From contig CAJFCJ010000010.1 of NCBI GenBank assembly GCA_904063045.1, positions 1,116,001 to 1,180,000 of the forward strand: a stretch of DNA of 64,000 nucleotides, in the 5' to 3' direction. Positions 1 to 12,722 of this stretch are shown here, one piece after another. The stretch is from Dimorphilus gyrociliatus. Its lineage: Eukaryota; Animalia; Annelida. How positions within the stretch are numbered: the first letter of the stretch is position 1; each line of letters begins with the position of its first letter. The notes under the pieces were generated by a model. The model was not told where the DNA came from, did no database searches, and was given only the letters and a program-made list of their open reading frames with translations. The position numbers were made by a program, and so were the translations under genes.

Positions 1-57
1 CAGCTGATTTTTTTTTTGTATATTTGCGTTGTCAAGCTAACTTTCTTATCAAAAACC

Positions 58-67
58 TATATATAAG
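58..67 (+). promoter_or_regulatory. Candidate TATA box of the PLAC8-family gene
   Basis: TATATATAAG lies about 60 nt upstream of the ATG at 124. Position fits, but TATA-like strings are common in AT-rich DNA. Confidence 0.35.
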
Positions 68-123
68 TCCCTCCTGTCGATTCAAATAAATCTTATTTCT
101 GTGTCACAAGTGGAACTAGCAGA

Positions 124-889
124 ATGGCAGAATTTCAAAACGGTCTCTTTGGTTGCTTTAGTAATTGCGGCCTTTGCATATTTTCATTTGTTTGTCCGTG
201 TGTACAGTAAGTATAAAAATATAATAAGAAACTGCTTTCATCCTTTAATAAAGAGTAAAAAATTGACTCCCTTTTATTTAACATCTTTTATTAAGGAAAG
301 TAATGAAGTCACTTTCACAGGTGTTGACTTTTTAGGTGTATACCGCCTAAATTTTCATAATTGAGTTATACGAGGTTCTTATTAAAATAAATTATTCATT
401 ACTTAAGTATTCATACTTAATTAAACATTCAATTAAGATGATATTCTTTAAAGTAAATTACTTGTGTTTGTAATTATATAGTACTCTTTTTACTTTTTTA
501 CATTTTGTGAATGAATTTTTCACTATCTAAGAAAACTTATCAGGCGTGGGAAGTCATTACGCTTAAACTTCAAAATGATTGATAAGACTTTAAAGAGCTT
601 CGGTTGCTAAAATTATAATCTAAAGATAATTGTTTGATGTAGATTTGGAAGAAATGCTGAGAAAATGGGCGAAAGTTGTATGCTCTACGGATGCTTTATG
701 TTTATACCAATTTTTAATTTCTACATCACTGCCAAAATGAGGGAAAGGATTAGAGAAAAGTATGGAATTGAGGATTCATTTTTGATGGACGTTGTTATGA
801 AATGTTTCTGTCATTTCTGCTCCTTAATACAAGAAACTAAAGAATTAGACGACAATGCCGGTGGATCAATGGCGATAGATAGGCACTAA
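124..889 (+). CDS. PLAC8/cornifelin-family Cys-rich protein, 2 exons, 110 aa
   Basis: Exons 124-206 and 643-889; phase-2 intron GTAAGT...GTAG. Spliced protein MAEFQNGLFGCFSNCGLCIFSFVCPCVQFGRNAEKMGESC...RERIREKYGIEDSFLMDVVMKCFCHFCSLIQETKEL has the PLAC8 hallmarks GLFGC, CPC, R..IR.KYGI and C.C..CSL.QE. AATAAA at 903-908. Confidence 0.93.
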
Positions 890-3800
890 TAGAAGAGCTA
901 AAAATAAAAGCATGCACAAATGAAAATGAAGAAGAAAAATAGTTTAATTCTATCTTTCTCATTCATCTTTTTCTATAAATTCTAATATCATTCTCAGTGA
1001 TTTTAATAACAGAAAAAGTAAAGAATGATATATTCAGTAATTGAAACAATAAGATTTTCAAACTAATCCAATATGAACTCTTATTCTTCTCAGGTTGAAA
1101 TTATGAACAATTTCAATAAAATTCAATATTCATAGAGCATATTTGCTTTCCTTTTATATACAATAAAAACAAAATAAACAAATAGTACAAGATTCTGTTG
1201 ATACTTTATTAATAAGAGAAGGAATTAAAACTTGCCTTGTTTTTAGAATTTTACGATATCAAAGACAAAAACGAAAAAATTGGTTTTATCGTTAGAAGTA
1301 TTATTTCTTCGTATATAACCTAAAAGCTTTCTGAAACGCAACGAATAGTATAGAAAGATTTGAAAGTGGAGAAGCCACATATAAAATATCTTATTCAGAG
1401 AACTTCTCTTCGCTTCAATCATGCATAAAATTTTTTGCATCGTATTATAGAGAAACTTGTAAAAATACACAATTATCTTTTATCTAAAATATATACAACG
1501 TTATATCTTTATATTAAAATATTAATGAGATTATAAATTGTTTATAAAATATGAAATATATGCAAAACATTCTTTAATTATAGGTAAATATATCGTATTA
1601 TATTATATATGCCTTATATAGATAACAATAGCGATAACGTATACTGTAAAAATTATACGTAAAAACGCATATAAGCCTTAATATGCTTTATTCTTATTTA
1701 TTACAACACTTAAGAAGTATGCTACCTGTGAAGTTTCCTACATGATATAGCATTTACGTGAAAGAATGTATTTTTTTTTAGCTTGTAAACCATGAACTTG
1801 GGAAAATGTGATAGTTTTATTATATTCTTTTATGTTAATTTTATCCCTAGAATTATACGTAAACACTCTGAAAAGATTAAAAAAAAGTTCTCTAAAGGTT
1901 AAAAACTCTAGAGAAATAAGGTTAGTACTGACCTTGAAAAATAATTTTATTCCATAGAAGTATTTCTCATATATAAAAAGAGTTAGACAGTTTTGTAACG
2001 ATGCAATAAGTCAAAATTATAGGGAAGAGAATGTTTATCTTAAGTAAGTATTGTATTTTGTGTAAAAGGTTTTATCCTTGAAAATTCATCGTTCTACTTA
2101 TAAGATTATTGAAAGAAAATCTTTAATTTTAATAAAATTATTGTCGAGCAAAATAATAACCTGAAAAATGATGACAAGGTTAGAAAGCGTTTCTTTACCT
2201 CTATACTAAATATAGATATATTTTTATTATTAATAAGATCCTCCCTGATGTAACAGCATAAACAAATATAAATAAAATACATTAAGATCTTTACCTTGTC
2301 TTCTATTCTTTTACTTATTTTTCCATCCCAATAAACTTTTTATACAATCTATTTAGCTATTACATCTTCACATGTTATACTTTTATATTTTCTCTCCTAT
2401 ACATTTCCAAATGAACCAAAAGTGAAAGAGTATTAAAGATAAGACTCCGACTGGTACAGCTAAATATAGAATTTGTATTGTTTACTTGTATACAATCAAA
2501 TACTAATACTAATGCACATTTTATATACATATATATATATTTTGAAATGACAAAGAAAATGGCTGAAAAACATAAAAAAAACAAAATTCTCCAATAGCTT
2601 TAACATATTTTATTTTACAGTAAATTCATGCTAATATATAATACTATACTATTACTATATTTCTTTTAATGGCTTTTTTCTTTAAAAAAAAAAATAGTAT
2701 TTATTTTATATTACAACTTTTCTCTTTGTGTTTTTATACTTTTTTCTGTTTTGTTTCTTCCTTTTTAAAATTCTATATTTGGAATAACAAAACCTTTTGA
2801 TTTCATCTTTTTAATTCTCCTTATGAATTTTTTTTATGTTTTTCTTTTTTTGTCCAAAATCAATAAACTCTTTATAGATAATAATTTTCTAATAAAAGAT
2901 AATATTGTTCCAGTGTTAAATATTTCATAGTTTCTTTATAATGTTATGCTATGCAGATTGTGTAAAACTATTAATAGACTATATTTGCGTTCTACCCTTA
3001 AGAAGGTAATTGAATGATAGATTTAGGGTAAATTAATTACTTTAATAGGTGAGGTGAAAAGTAGCCGTTTTTCACGGCATATAACATGCATATGCGTTTA
3101 TCTACATTTACAGTTTACCATTTTTAGCAATTCTTATTTCTTGTTTCATATTTTTTTGGTAATAAATGACTTACAGTAAGTATTAATTTCACAGAGAGTG
3201 TGATCAGCTGTCAATTACCCACTTTTATGACAATACGCCAACGTATAACTATTATTAGCCCAAGCTCAACAAAGGTCATCCATTAAAGAATTTTTCGTAG
3301 TGTAACAATTTACGAAAGTGATGAAAACTGTTTCTTCTTGCTTAGAAAATGCAAGATATAAAAAAATTGTCTTCTCTACTTATAAGTATGAAGAGAGAAT
3401 ATAAATCTTATATTCTAACACTATTTCACTTCCTTTAGTAGATATTGTAAGTAGGCTTCAATGCTTCGCTTTCATATGACATCTGTATTGTACAATAGTG
3501 ATCTTTTCATTTATACTTGTATATAGTATGGCGAATAATGAGATCATTCCTATTTGTCAGCTAGCAACTCATTCGTTTCTTAAGAATTATCATTAAGTCA
3601 GAATTTTTTTTATGTATTTCTTTCCCCTCTTTCCTCGTTCTTTTCAATCGAAATATGCATAAAAAGGAAGAGTATCTCATAAATATAGTTAGATAAATGC
3701 CTATATTTAAGTTCTACATGTTGTAAACATCCAGCTATAGATACTAATACGATATATTTAACAACTTTATACGATGCTATTTCGACATTCATGTTAGTTT

Positions 3801-4796
3801 TGCTATTCAAATCAACAAATTATTCATTCCAGAAAATGAGATATGTATATTGTATATATATATTTATATATACAATATATATATATATATATGTTATTTT
3901 GTTATATTTTCACTTTGATAGAGCATGATAGAGCTAAATTGAAAATATCTTGTTTCAATAAATAGAATTTCATGACCAAAATCGTAGCTTAAAATAAACA
4001 AAAATATTACATTAAAATTAAAGAAAAAGTAAGAAAACATTCTTTTAAGAGGAAACAGATTAATGAAAATGAGAAATCGATTGTAAAAAATATTACTCTC
4101 TTTATTCATTCGACAGCAACAAATTCTATGATGAAAAATATGTATGATAAACATAAAAGAAGGGCAAGGCGAAAATGAATCTAGAAACCAAGATTCCTTA
4201 TTCATCTTAATAAATGTTTCATTAATATTGCCAAATCTCATAAGTTAAATAATACTTGACATACTAGACATCTAGAATCGTCTTTAACATATGATACTGG
4301 TTTATTTTTTAATGTGGGCGTCAAGTGGCCTGTATACAGGCTTCCCACACAGATTCTCTCTCTGTATCTCTCTCTCGCTCTTTCACTAGCTATTCTCTCC
4401 TAATTAGAATATTTTTAAAGTAATCTAATAATGAAAGTAAACTAGAAATTTTCCAAGCATTCTATAAAAAGTAAAGTATTATCATCTGACTTCCAAAAAC
4501 GATTATTTACCATATGACTCTGTTTTAAAGTGATATTTTAAGTAAATATAAATGCTATACAATCATTATTTAATTGTTTATTTTACCAAAATAAATAATA
4601 TATACTAAAAAAAGACAATATATTAAAGATATTAAAATTATAAAATTGTTATTTTCTTTAGAGATCCGATTTTCTTTACAAAGATAAAACAAATAGAGGG
4701 AAAAAAAGGGAGAAAAGAATATGAAATTTTGTGTGTTGAATATTTGTTTTTTTAATATTACATGTGATTTGTTTATCTCCTGTTTGCTTTCTTTTC

Positions 4797-6737
4797 TTAT
4801 GAAAGTTGTCGTGAGAATATTCTACACAAAGTTCTATCTTTTATCCATCTCCAAAACTCTTTCATTGTGTGATAAAATGCAGTTCTGAAAGTTGCAGCAG
4901 ACAGAGCGTACAGAAAAAAATTTATAGTAAAGTTTAAATGAGATAACTGTTTGATGTATCCTCTGATTTGAAGTAAAGTTTTATTTTTTACACTCGGCTT
5001 TATGGCTATTGCGTACATTCTAGAGGCATGACCCGGAAGATTTAATATAATGAATGTTGAAGAGATAATGAAAAGCATTCGTGTAGTTCTTCTTACTTTC
5101 TTCTTCATTTTTCTTGTTACTTCTTGATCTCTGTCATTTCTGTTACTATCATATCTCATTGGACACATTTCATGCACGTCTTCATTTTGGTCAGCAGTGT
5201 CTGTATGACTAATCATAGGTCTATCCTCTGAAACACCCAATCTATCGCTATTGGCAGATCGTCTTACCCTATAATAGAAATAAAAGTATTAAGTCACCCT
5301 TAATATATATGCATATTTGTATAGATAGATAAACAAAGTCAAATAGAATATACAAAGTATTTATATATATATATATATATATATATTACTTATTCACATT
5401 TTCCATATATATATATATGTCTATAATATGTAAAATATGTAAAAAGGTACTAATGATCCCAATTTCCAATTTTTGCAATGAATAACAACATTTTTCTCTT
5501 TTGTTATTTCTTTTCTTTCACTCTCTTCCAAGCTCCCATTTAAAAGTATATCTCATTTCTTTTTCTCTTGTCTTTTATTCTTAAATTTTATTGGGATTAC
5601 AACTGCGTGTAAGAAGATCTCATTAGTGGAAACTAGTCCTCTCTCCACTCCTTCTTACAAGCAATCCTAAGAATATTTGCAATTTATAATCAGAGATAGC
5701 ATCAACTCCACATGTTGTTTTTCCCATTTAAAACTATTAAATTTAAGGATAAAATTGATAAAGCAAACACTCCTAAAATATTCTTTTTTATATGGGGTCA
5801 AAGTTATAGATTAAAAGAAAATCGATAGAGGGCGTTTTATAGTTTAAATATATTGATCTATTGTCTTTAGATAATTTTACCTCAAAGTTTTTTGAAATAT
5901 TATCTTTCAAAAATTATTTACTGATCAACCTTAACAAATTCTTGTCACAAGAGTTAAATTAACCATTTAAAGGTTATATATAGCTCACTTTAAAGAAATA
6001 AACTTTCTTATTCGCCCAATAAACATGAAAGAAACGAAAATATACAAATGATCAAATGTAAGAAATATATCTAACCTAATAGCTATTAGAATATTGAAAC
6101 ATGTTATGAGGATAGCTGGTAAAAAATGACCAATTGCTGTATCAAGATGAGTGAGCTTGACGTAGACCTTTTGAAATTTGTCTCTGACTGAGCAGACGAC
6201 TCCTTGCTCCGTTTCTACTCTGCCAACACAGGCTAAAACGTAGGAGTAGATGAGAAAAATAGTAGCGACAACTGCAATTGTAACTTTTGTGGCCCGAGAT
6301 TTAGTGCATAAAGTATTTTTTTTGAAAGGATAAGTAATAGCAAACCATCTTTCAATTGTAAAGGCGACTAGTAACCAAGCCGAGGTGCATATCGCTACCT
6401 GTGTGGTATAAGTTATTATTTGGCATATTCCATCTAGAGTGTATAACATCCAGCCCTTGAATGATAATTTGGGCAAAAATGCATTGAGGAGAAAACAGTT
6501 ATCAGATATTGCCAAAGCAGCTAAATAAACCGAGAAACTCTTCTTTTTCAAACGACTTTTTGTAAAAACTAGAAAACTTAGGAAGTTAGCAACCAGACCT
6601 ATAGCAGATAAAACAGGAATAACATAATTTTCAAGCACCCTAAGTAAAGAAGTATTTAAGGTGACACTAATATTCGTTGAATTGGGCGAAGAGTCATTGT
6701 ATCCAGAATGATCGCTTCCGAACTTGCTATTATTCAT
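4797..6737 (-). CDS. Class A (rhodopsin-like) peptide GPCR, FMRFamide/sex-peptide-receptor-like group, 2 exons, 377 aa
   Basis: Exons 6737-6076 and 5268-4797; phase-2 intron GTTAG...TATAG joins IAIR to VRRSANSDRLG in frame. Seven hydrophobic segments; TM1 GLVAN, TM2 LAALAISD, TM3 TIERWFAIT, TM6 LNLP, TM7 NFFLY; ECL2 Cys; several N-terminal N-x-S/T sequons. Confidence 0.9.
5819..5834 (+). promoter_or_regulatory. CTCF-core-like motif AAATCGATAGAGGGCG, identical copy at 63939
   Basis: TAGAGGGCG fits the YAGRKGGCR core of the CTCF consensus. The 16-mer recurs exactly at 63939-63954. Confidence 0.35.
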
Positions 6738-9700
6738 CCATACGACTCTCTATGCCTTCTGCAATACACTCCTTTGAGAGTGACACCTTGTGGGGAAATT
6801 ATTCAAAACCATTTACAGCAGTGTATATATCCTTTTTTTCCGCGCAAAAGAGCTTATTTGATATAGAAAGGTTGAATTCTTTTCGATTATAATAAAAGGG
6901 GTCGCTTTCTTCTGTAACTGAAATTTTCTCCCTTTGTAAAACCCTAAAAAAGTATTAATAGTTGCCTTTTTTTATTAAAAATATGCATTTCATATACATT
7001 ATCCTAAATTTTAAATGTGTGATGTACAATCAAAGCTCAATGTGATCGACTTACAAGGATTTGCTAATGAATAGCTTTCACAGTAGAAAAAATAAGGATA
7101 CAACTAATCTTGGGAAGTAGCGCAAAATCGTTAATATACAGCGTACTTTGCTTAATTTTAATTTACTCTGTTCTCAAAAATTTGACTTTAAATAATTTAC
7201 ACCCCTTAAACAATTTGATTGAGTTAATTGAAGCATGAGAACAGAGAGATTTTCTATTATTTCTGAATGAAATATCTGATTGCTTATGTAAGATATCACC
7301 TTAAGTAGATATGCTTATTTTTTGAAATTGCTAATAATTTCGGATCTTAAAAGAAGATAGGCAAGATGAAAATTACCGAAAAAGAGAGACAATCTTTTCC
7401 AACTAGTAGTGGTCTTGACACGTCGGTTATGATAAATGTAGAAATTAAGGTCAATTTATGCAATGGTCGTTAACTTTATCTTTCCAAGTAAGGCCAAATT
7501 GTTCCGATATTTTCTTTTAGATTGTGAAACGAAGAGAACGCAAAAGTTTTTAATGCAAGTACATGCATTATACACAAGATTGTCTAGAAGGAAGACAATT
7601 TTAAAGTGGATGTTTTGTTTCTTAATAAACAATACACGTAACTGTGCAGATAAAGTTATTGATAAAACCCGCTATTTTTGTCACCTAAAGTATGGTATAG
7701 AATATCTAATATATCAAAAAGTTTGGAAGAAGAAAAGTAAAAACCAGAAGCTTTGCTATATAAACTTTCTGTCAAATAGCATAGACAGGAACCAAGAACA
7801 CAAAGCTGATATTATTTTTTAGATATTACACTCTCAGAAATCGGAAATTAAGCACTAGTTTCCAGCTTATACAAAAGTAAACAGAAACTCGTGTACTTTC
7901 TATGCTTTTATTGCTTTGCTGATATATTTTATAGCTAAGCCAAGTGTATTCACCTTTTTTTCTTGTAAGAGATGGGCATCACTTTTGAATAAGTAAAAAA
8001 CGCTTAATAGAATACAAAGGAATGATAATAATCTATTTTTCTCTAATTTTTTCCCTTTGGGAAATGGAATAATGGAAGAGAATTAGAGGTAGTCTTGAAT
8101 AAATGAACGTATAAAATGTAATTGTTTGATTCGCATTATCTACCTTCTTCGTCTTTTAATATATACATATACTATATATACAGTTTATATATATATATAT
8201 GCATTGGTAACATAAATTAAATTAACGGTAATAAAATAGTCACAGAATTACCGTTTCTTTTATTTCCTTGTTTGAAGAGTAATAGAATACCTTACTAGAC
8301 TTCTGGAAAAGTATCCTTCAATCTAAACTTGGCATTATATTAAATTTTAGTAGAATTATTATCATTATCCACTATTATATAAAATTTGGTTTACCTACTC
8401 AAATGATTTCAACTAAAACATTAAGTAAAAAGTAATTTTAAAGACAAAAGAAAGAAGTGAAATGTCTAAATAAAACTTTTTTTATTGATTTTCTTTTATT
8501 TTAAGTAGAAATACTAATTAAAAATTGAAATACTATTTTACTCAAGGAATAATGCTGACGCAATTTTCTTTCAAATTAAAAAAAAAGGAAAGACAGTTGT
8601 AATGTTTTAAAATTCAATTGGTACTTTCTTAGTTGAATTTTCTCAATAAAGAGACCAAAAAACCTTGAAGTGAGGATAGAATAATCAAATTTCTTTTCTA
8701 TGTGAAATCATACAAGAAGGAAAAAGATATACGAGGCTTAAGTTATTCATTCGATAATCTTTTGTTATTTTCCTTTGTAAATCTTTTATTCTTAATAAAA
8801 AGAGATTATTTATAAATAATATAGGCAATTTTTCCAACTGAACACTAACTCTGATCATTATCATCGTGCCTTCTGCATACAAGAAAAAAAAGCAAGCATA
8901 CAAAAAAGAAAGTCACTATTTTTAGGCTGATAAAAGCCTATAGTCTTTACTATTATTTTTGTTTGACATAAATAATACCATTTTTAACATATAAACAGAG
9001 GCTTTCAGGAGTATTCCCCGTATATCCGTAGTTTTATTCAAATATATTCTATCTAAAAATACACCGAAATTGCATAGTTTTCTTTCAAAGAGATATTTTC
9101 AATTTCATTCTTTTGAAAATATATTTTTCTAGTTGATTAGATTTTTAATAAAAAATACAACTTTTTTTAATGAATAGAGTATTTTTAATTGTGTTTTTAT
9201 TAAATAACAATAAGCTGAAAAAAGAGCGAACGGATTCTTCTATTATTATTACCTAGAAAAAAAAACCTTTATATTTCCTTGCGTCAATTGTTTTTTCTGT
9301 TTCTTTTTGTTTTGTTACTGTTTATGAATTTGATTAGACGTATCTAAAAATAGAATCAAAGTGATTTCAAAATCTTATCAATTGACCTCTTTTCTTATTA
9401 CTTGATCTGGTTTATGTCTTTATATGTATATTTTTTTTATATATGTTTATAGATTTATTTAGACTTTTACGTATGAAAACCATACGGCATAGAGATGATA
9501 TATAGAAAAAATACTGCATCATCATGAGGAATGATTATGCAAGATTAAAAACGGCAGGGAAAGAGTATTATGACAATTGGTAATAAACAAGGTTTAAAGC
9601 TAGTCACTTCTTATCGTTATCTATTACTAAAAGAGATCCAATTAATTATCTATAAAATGTATTATTCCGACTTGTTCTTTCCTTCAATAGCATGAGGAAG

Positions 9701-9744
9701 TCACCTTGCTTCACCGCTAAAATTTCTCGCGTCAATTAATAACT

Positions 9745-11546
9745 ATGTCATTTCGTCCAAATATTCAAGGTCGTATTAATTTTTCGCCAGCACTATTCAT
9801 AAAACCTATTGGTGAATTAATTATTGAAAAACATATAGTATCAGGTAAACTTGTCATATACAGTGTTGAAGAAGTGCTAACCTTGATAAGTAACTTTCTA
9901 TTAATAGGCCTTCGTAAAAGAAACCTTTGAAAAAGCTGGAGTATGCGTTACAGCAGATTGTGAGTATGATGTCAATACTAATTCTTTCTTTTAAAAATAT
10001 TCAAAAAAATCAACTCAACTTCCTATTGATATCAATTAGACTATATTTAAATAAATGTAGATGGCTGCAGATTGGATGGAAACCTTAGTTTTTGCAACAC
10101 CATGAGACTTCTAGACCCAATGGTATATTCTTAAAATATCTCTAGCTTTGCAATTCCTATTGAGAACCCTGGTGTCCTACATGTTCACCTTGCGGGAGTT
10201 CCACTGGTTGGAAGTTATTTAGTTTTAAATTAGGACCTGCTATATGCAGTAATGGCAACTTATATGAGTATGCTATAGTTAGCGAGTCGAAAGACTCGAA
10301 TTTATTCGTATTGACTAGAGATATCGGCGCAAATATGACTCTGAAGCTCGAGAAGTTTGGGATCAAAATGGGTTTAACAATATTATAAATTCCTACCTTG
10401 AAACCTTTCACAGTAAAAATCGCTTATATCCTAAAAGTAGGAAGATTATTCCAGTCGATGAAATAGAGTTAGAGAGGAATTACGGACGATTGTATCAGGT
10501 ATGTTTTCATTTCACCTCAATACATATGAACATACAATTAATAACATAGTTTTATGTAAATACAATCTAATAGAGTTTTTCAAGTGATACTAATAGGTAA
10601 ACATTTCTTGGGGCTCATATTAGTTTCATAATTTTCTTCATAGAATGAAAAAGATAACAGAGTTAAAAAATATCTCTTTGTAGTGATATACCTTTTAAAA
10701 TAATTGGGTAATACTATATAAAGGTTATCAATCTTAACGAACAGGATGGTAAATAATTATTTTCTTTACTGTTAGCCTTATGCCAGTCGTTACGTAGCAC
10801 ACTGGTGTACGGTAACGATTACTTCTACTCTATAGAATCATGCAACTTTACTAATAATTAAAAATTGTCCTTCTAGATCTATATTTTCGGTTTCAATGCT
10901 AAAAAAATGCTTCAAGTGATTCTTTTCAAGATTCGCATTTTATTTGAAAGAATTTTTAATATCAAAAAGAAAAGAGAATAATAGAGAAAAATTATTACAA
11001 AAGCGTGAATATTTTACATATTGTATGCTACAAACGTTAATTGATAACTCTTTGTAAAAGCTGAAGAAAAGGAAAAAAATTATCCTGATGAAGATAACTT
11101 TTATAAACTGTATTAACAAATTTGACATAATTTATCATTGCAAACGCAATAACAAACGTTAACATACTCTTTTGTTGTTAGATGCTCCACAACAGTATTG
11201 TAGTATTAGCGTCTTTAAGGCTCTAAGACTCTTGCACCTGATGGTCCTTCTTTCGCTATCTTACGAACAGAAGTAATATTCTAAAATTTATTCTGAAAGA
11301 GGAAATTTTGGGTCAACTATTGGGTTGTCAAACTAGGACTAGGGATTTTTGTCCTGATGACTATCTCATATAAGCTATAGGCAATGATTCTTGAAGTCTT
11401 AGTTTTGTTCGTATTAGAGAAGTTTAGAGGTAAAATGGATTGTTCGGAGATGACTTGAAGCGATCCAAGAAAAACAAGGTTTCAACACGAAAGATAGTCC
11501 CGATAAGCAGACATATTAAGAAGACGATTGTACAGATCCGGATTAA
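9745..11546 (+). pseudogene. Decayed two-domain lipocalin pseudogene, third member of the tandem array
   Basis: Remnants of all five exons: about 9745-9844 (IKPIGELIIEKHI..YQ|GT); 9908-9959 (AFVKETFEKAGVCVTAD, 52 nt versus 64 nt); 10061-10498 (GCRLDGNLS...NISSFAIPIENPGVLHVHLAGVP..KLGP..LYEYAIVSE..NLFVLTRD..YPKSRKIIPVDEIELERNYGRLYQ|GT, with frameshifts); from 10776 (PYASRYV); 11182-11546 (SISVFKALR..APDGP..NYWVVKLG..LFVL..QGFNTKDSP..DC, with stops and frameshifts). Confidence 0.85.
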
Positions 11547-12654
11547 TTAACGATGTATGAAGAGACATAGCGGCTAAATTTTTTCTTTTTATAACATAAT
11601 CTATTATATTTCATACAAAAATTTATTAATAAACTATTTTTAACTTATCAAACTGTCTTATTAATTTAAAAAAGAGCATAAACTTCAAGCAGACGAGTAT
11701 CTTTAACTGTTATTTCTTCTCTTAGGTAACTTAGAGAAATATCTATTACAGGCTGATTAATTGAAACTAGTTCAATGGTAATTAACAATACATTGTATTT
11801 TAAGGTACATTTTAGACTTTTAGACTTCAGTAATTAGTTCGATATTTAAATGGCTTTACCGTACCTCTTTCTATTTTTTTTTCTCTTCTCTGTGTCTCCC
11901 TTTCCAGCTCTTTCTATATCAACCTTTTTACTATTTATCCTACGTAATTCTAAAGAATTATCTCCCCGATTTTCATCCGTAGTAAACAACAACAAACGAA
12001 ACTTTATCAATGGATTGTTAATATTTTATAATTTTTCTACAATGTGTAATACTTAAATAACTGCCATTGCGATCAAAGTGTGCTCTCAATGATTCAATGT
12101 AATATCTATTAGCAATGCAAAACCAGTGCATTGAGGATTTCTGTATTGAGTTACTTATACAAGTTAAGTAGTGTAATTTTATTCATAAATAAGTAAACGA
12201 AAATACAAAGCATTTGTCATTATTTTAGAACAATTGAAGATAAATATAACATTGAATAAGTAAGTGTAAATTCTTTGAAAATCTCCTCCATATGATTTAT
12301 AAAAGAAAAATTGTTTGATTTTAAAGATTATTGACTTTGTACTGAAATAATTTAAAGACACCTGTTATCATATAGGACTAGTGTTTGGTAATAGGTTAAT
12401 ACAGTTTACACTTATTACTTGATCTAGAATATGAACTTTCGATTATTTCTTTCTTTATTACTCTTTTCCCTTTGGAGGAAAACTATCTAGAATCCTAACA
12501 CTGTTATAAAATATTAACGAATTGACACAGATTCACACGAATTTTTTTTCTTACATTCATTTTATTGTAATATTTTGTGAGTGATAATAAAGATACTTAC
12601 CTCCAAATAATTTATCTAACTTATCAGTTTAAGCAAAGACCTACTTAAGTGAAG

Positions 12655-12662
12655 TATAAAAG
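12655..12662 (+). promoter_or_regulatory. TATA box of lipocalin gene A
   Basis: Consensus TATAAAAG followed by GG, 68 nt upstream of the ATG at 12723. Confidence 0.5.
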
Positions 12663-12722
12663 GGACGATGATGAACAGCTTATACATATAGACTTTCTCA
12701 GCTGCAAGATTGTTTGAAGAAG

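Noticed and set aside
101-364. 87-aa ORF from a GTG start
   Set aside because: Wrong frame over PLAC8 exon 1, then running into the intron. The real frame starts at ATG 124.
1243-1470. 75-aa minus-strand ORF, and similar short AT-rich ORFs (2375, 3610, 3894, 7463, 8685, 10940, 11850, 12179, 14965, 16335, 21545, 21797 and others)
   Set aside because: F/I/L/K/Y/N-biased translations typical of non-coding AT-rich DNA, with no motifs and no consistent splice partners.
2383-2459. Possible minus-strand terminal exon encoding xVPVGVLSLILFHFWFIWKCIGEKI*, resembling a TM helix
   Set aside because: An acceptor is present, but I found no upstream exon or start to link it to, and hydrophobic stretches arise easily in T-rich DNA.
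10157-10411. 84-aa minus-strand ORF
   Set aside because: Antisense shadow of the lipocalin pseudogene exon 3.
12593-12602. ATACTTACCT, matching the 5' end of U1 snRNA
   Set aside because: The following sequence does not resemble U1. It is just a reverse-complement 5' splice-site-like string.
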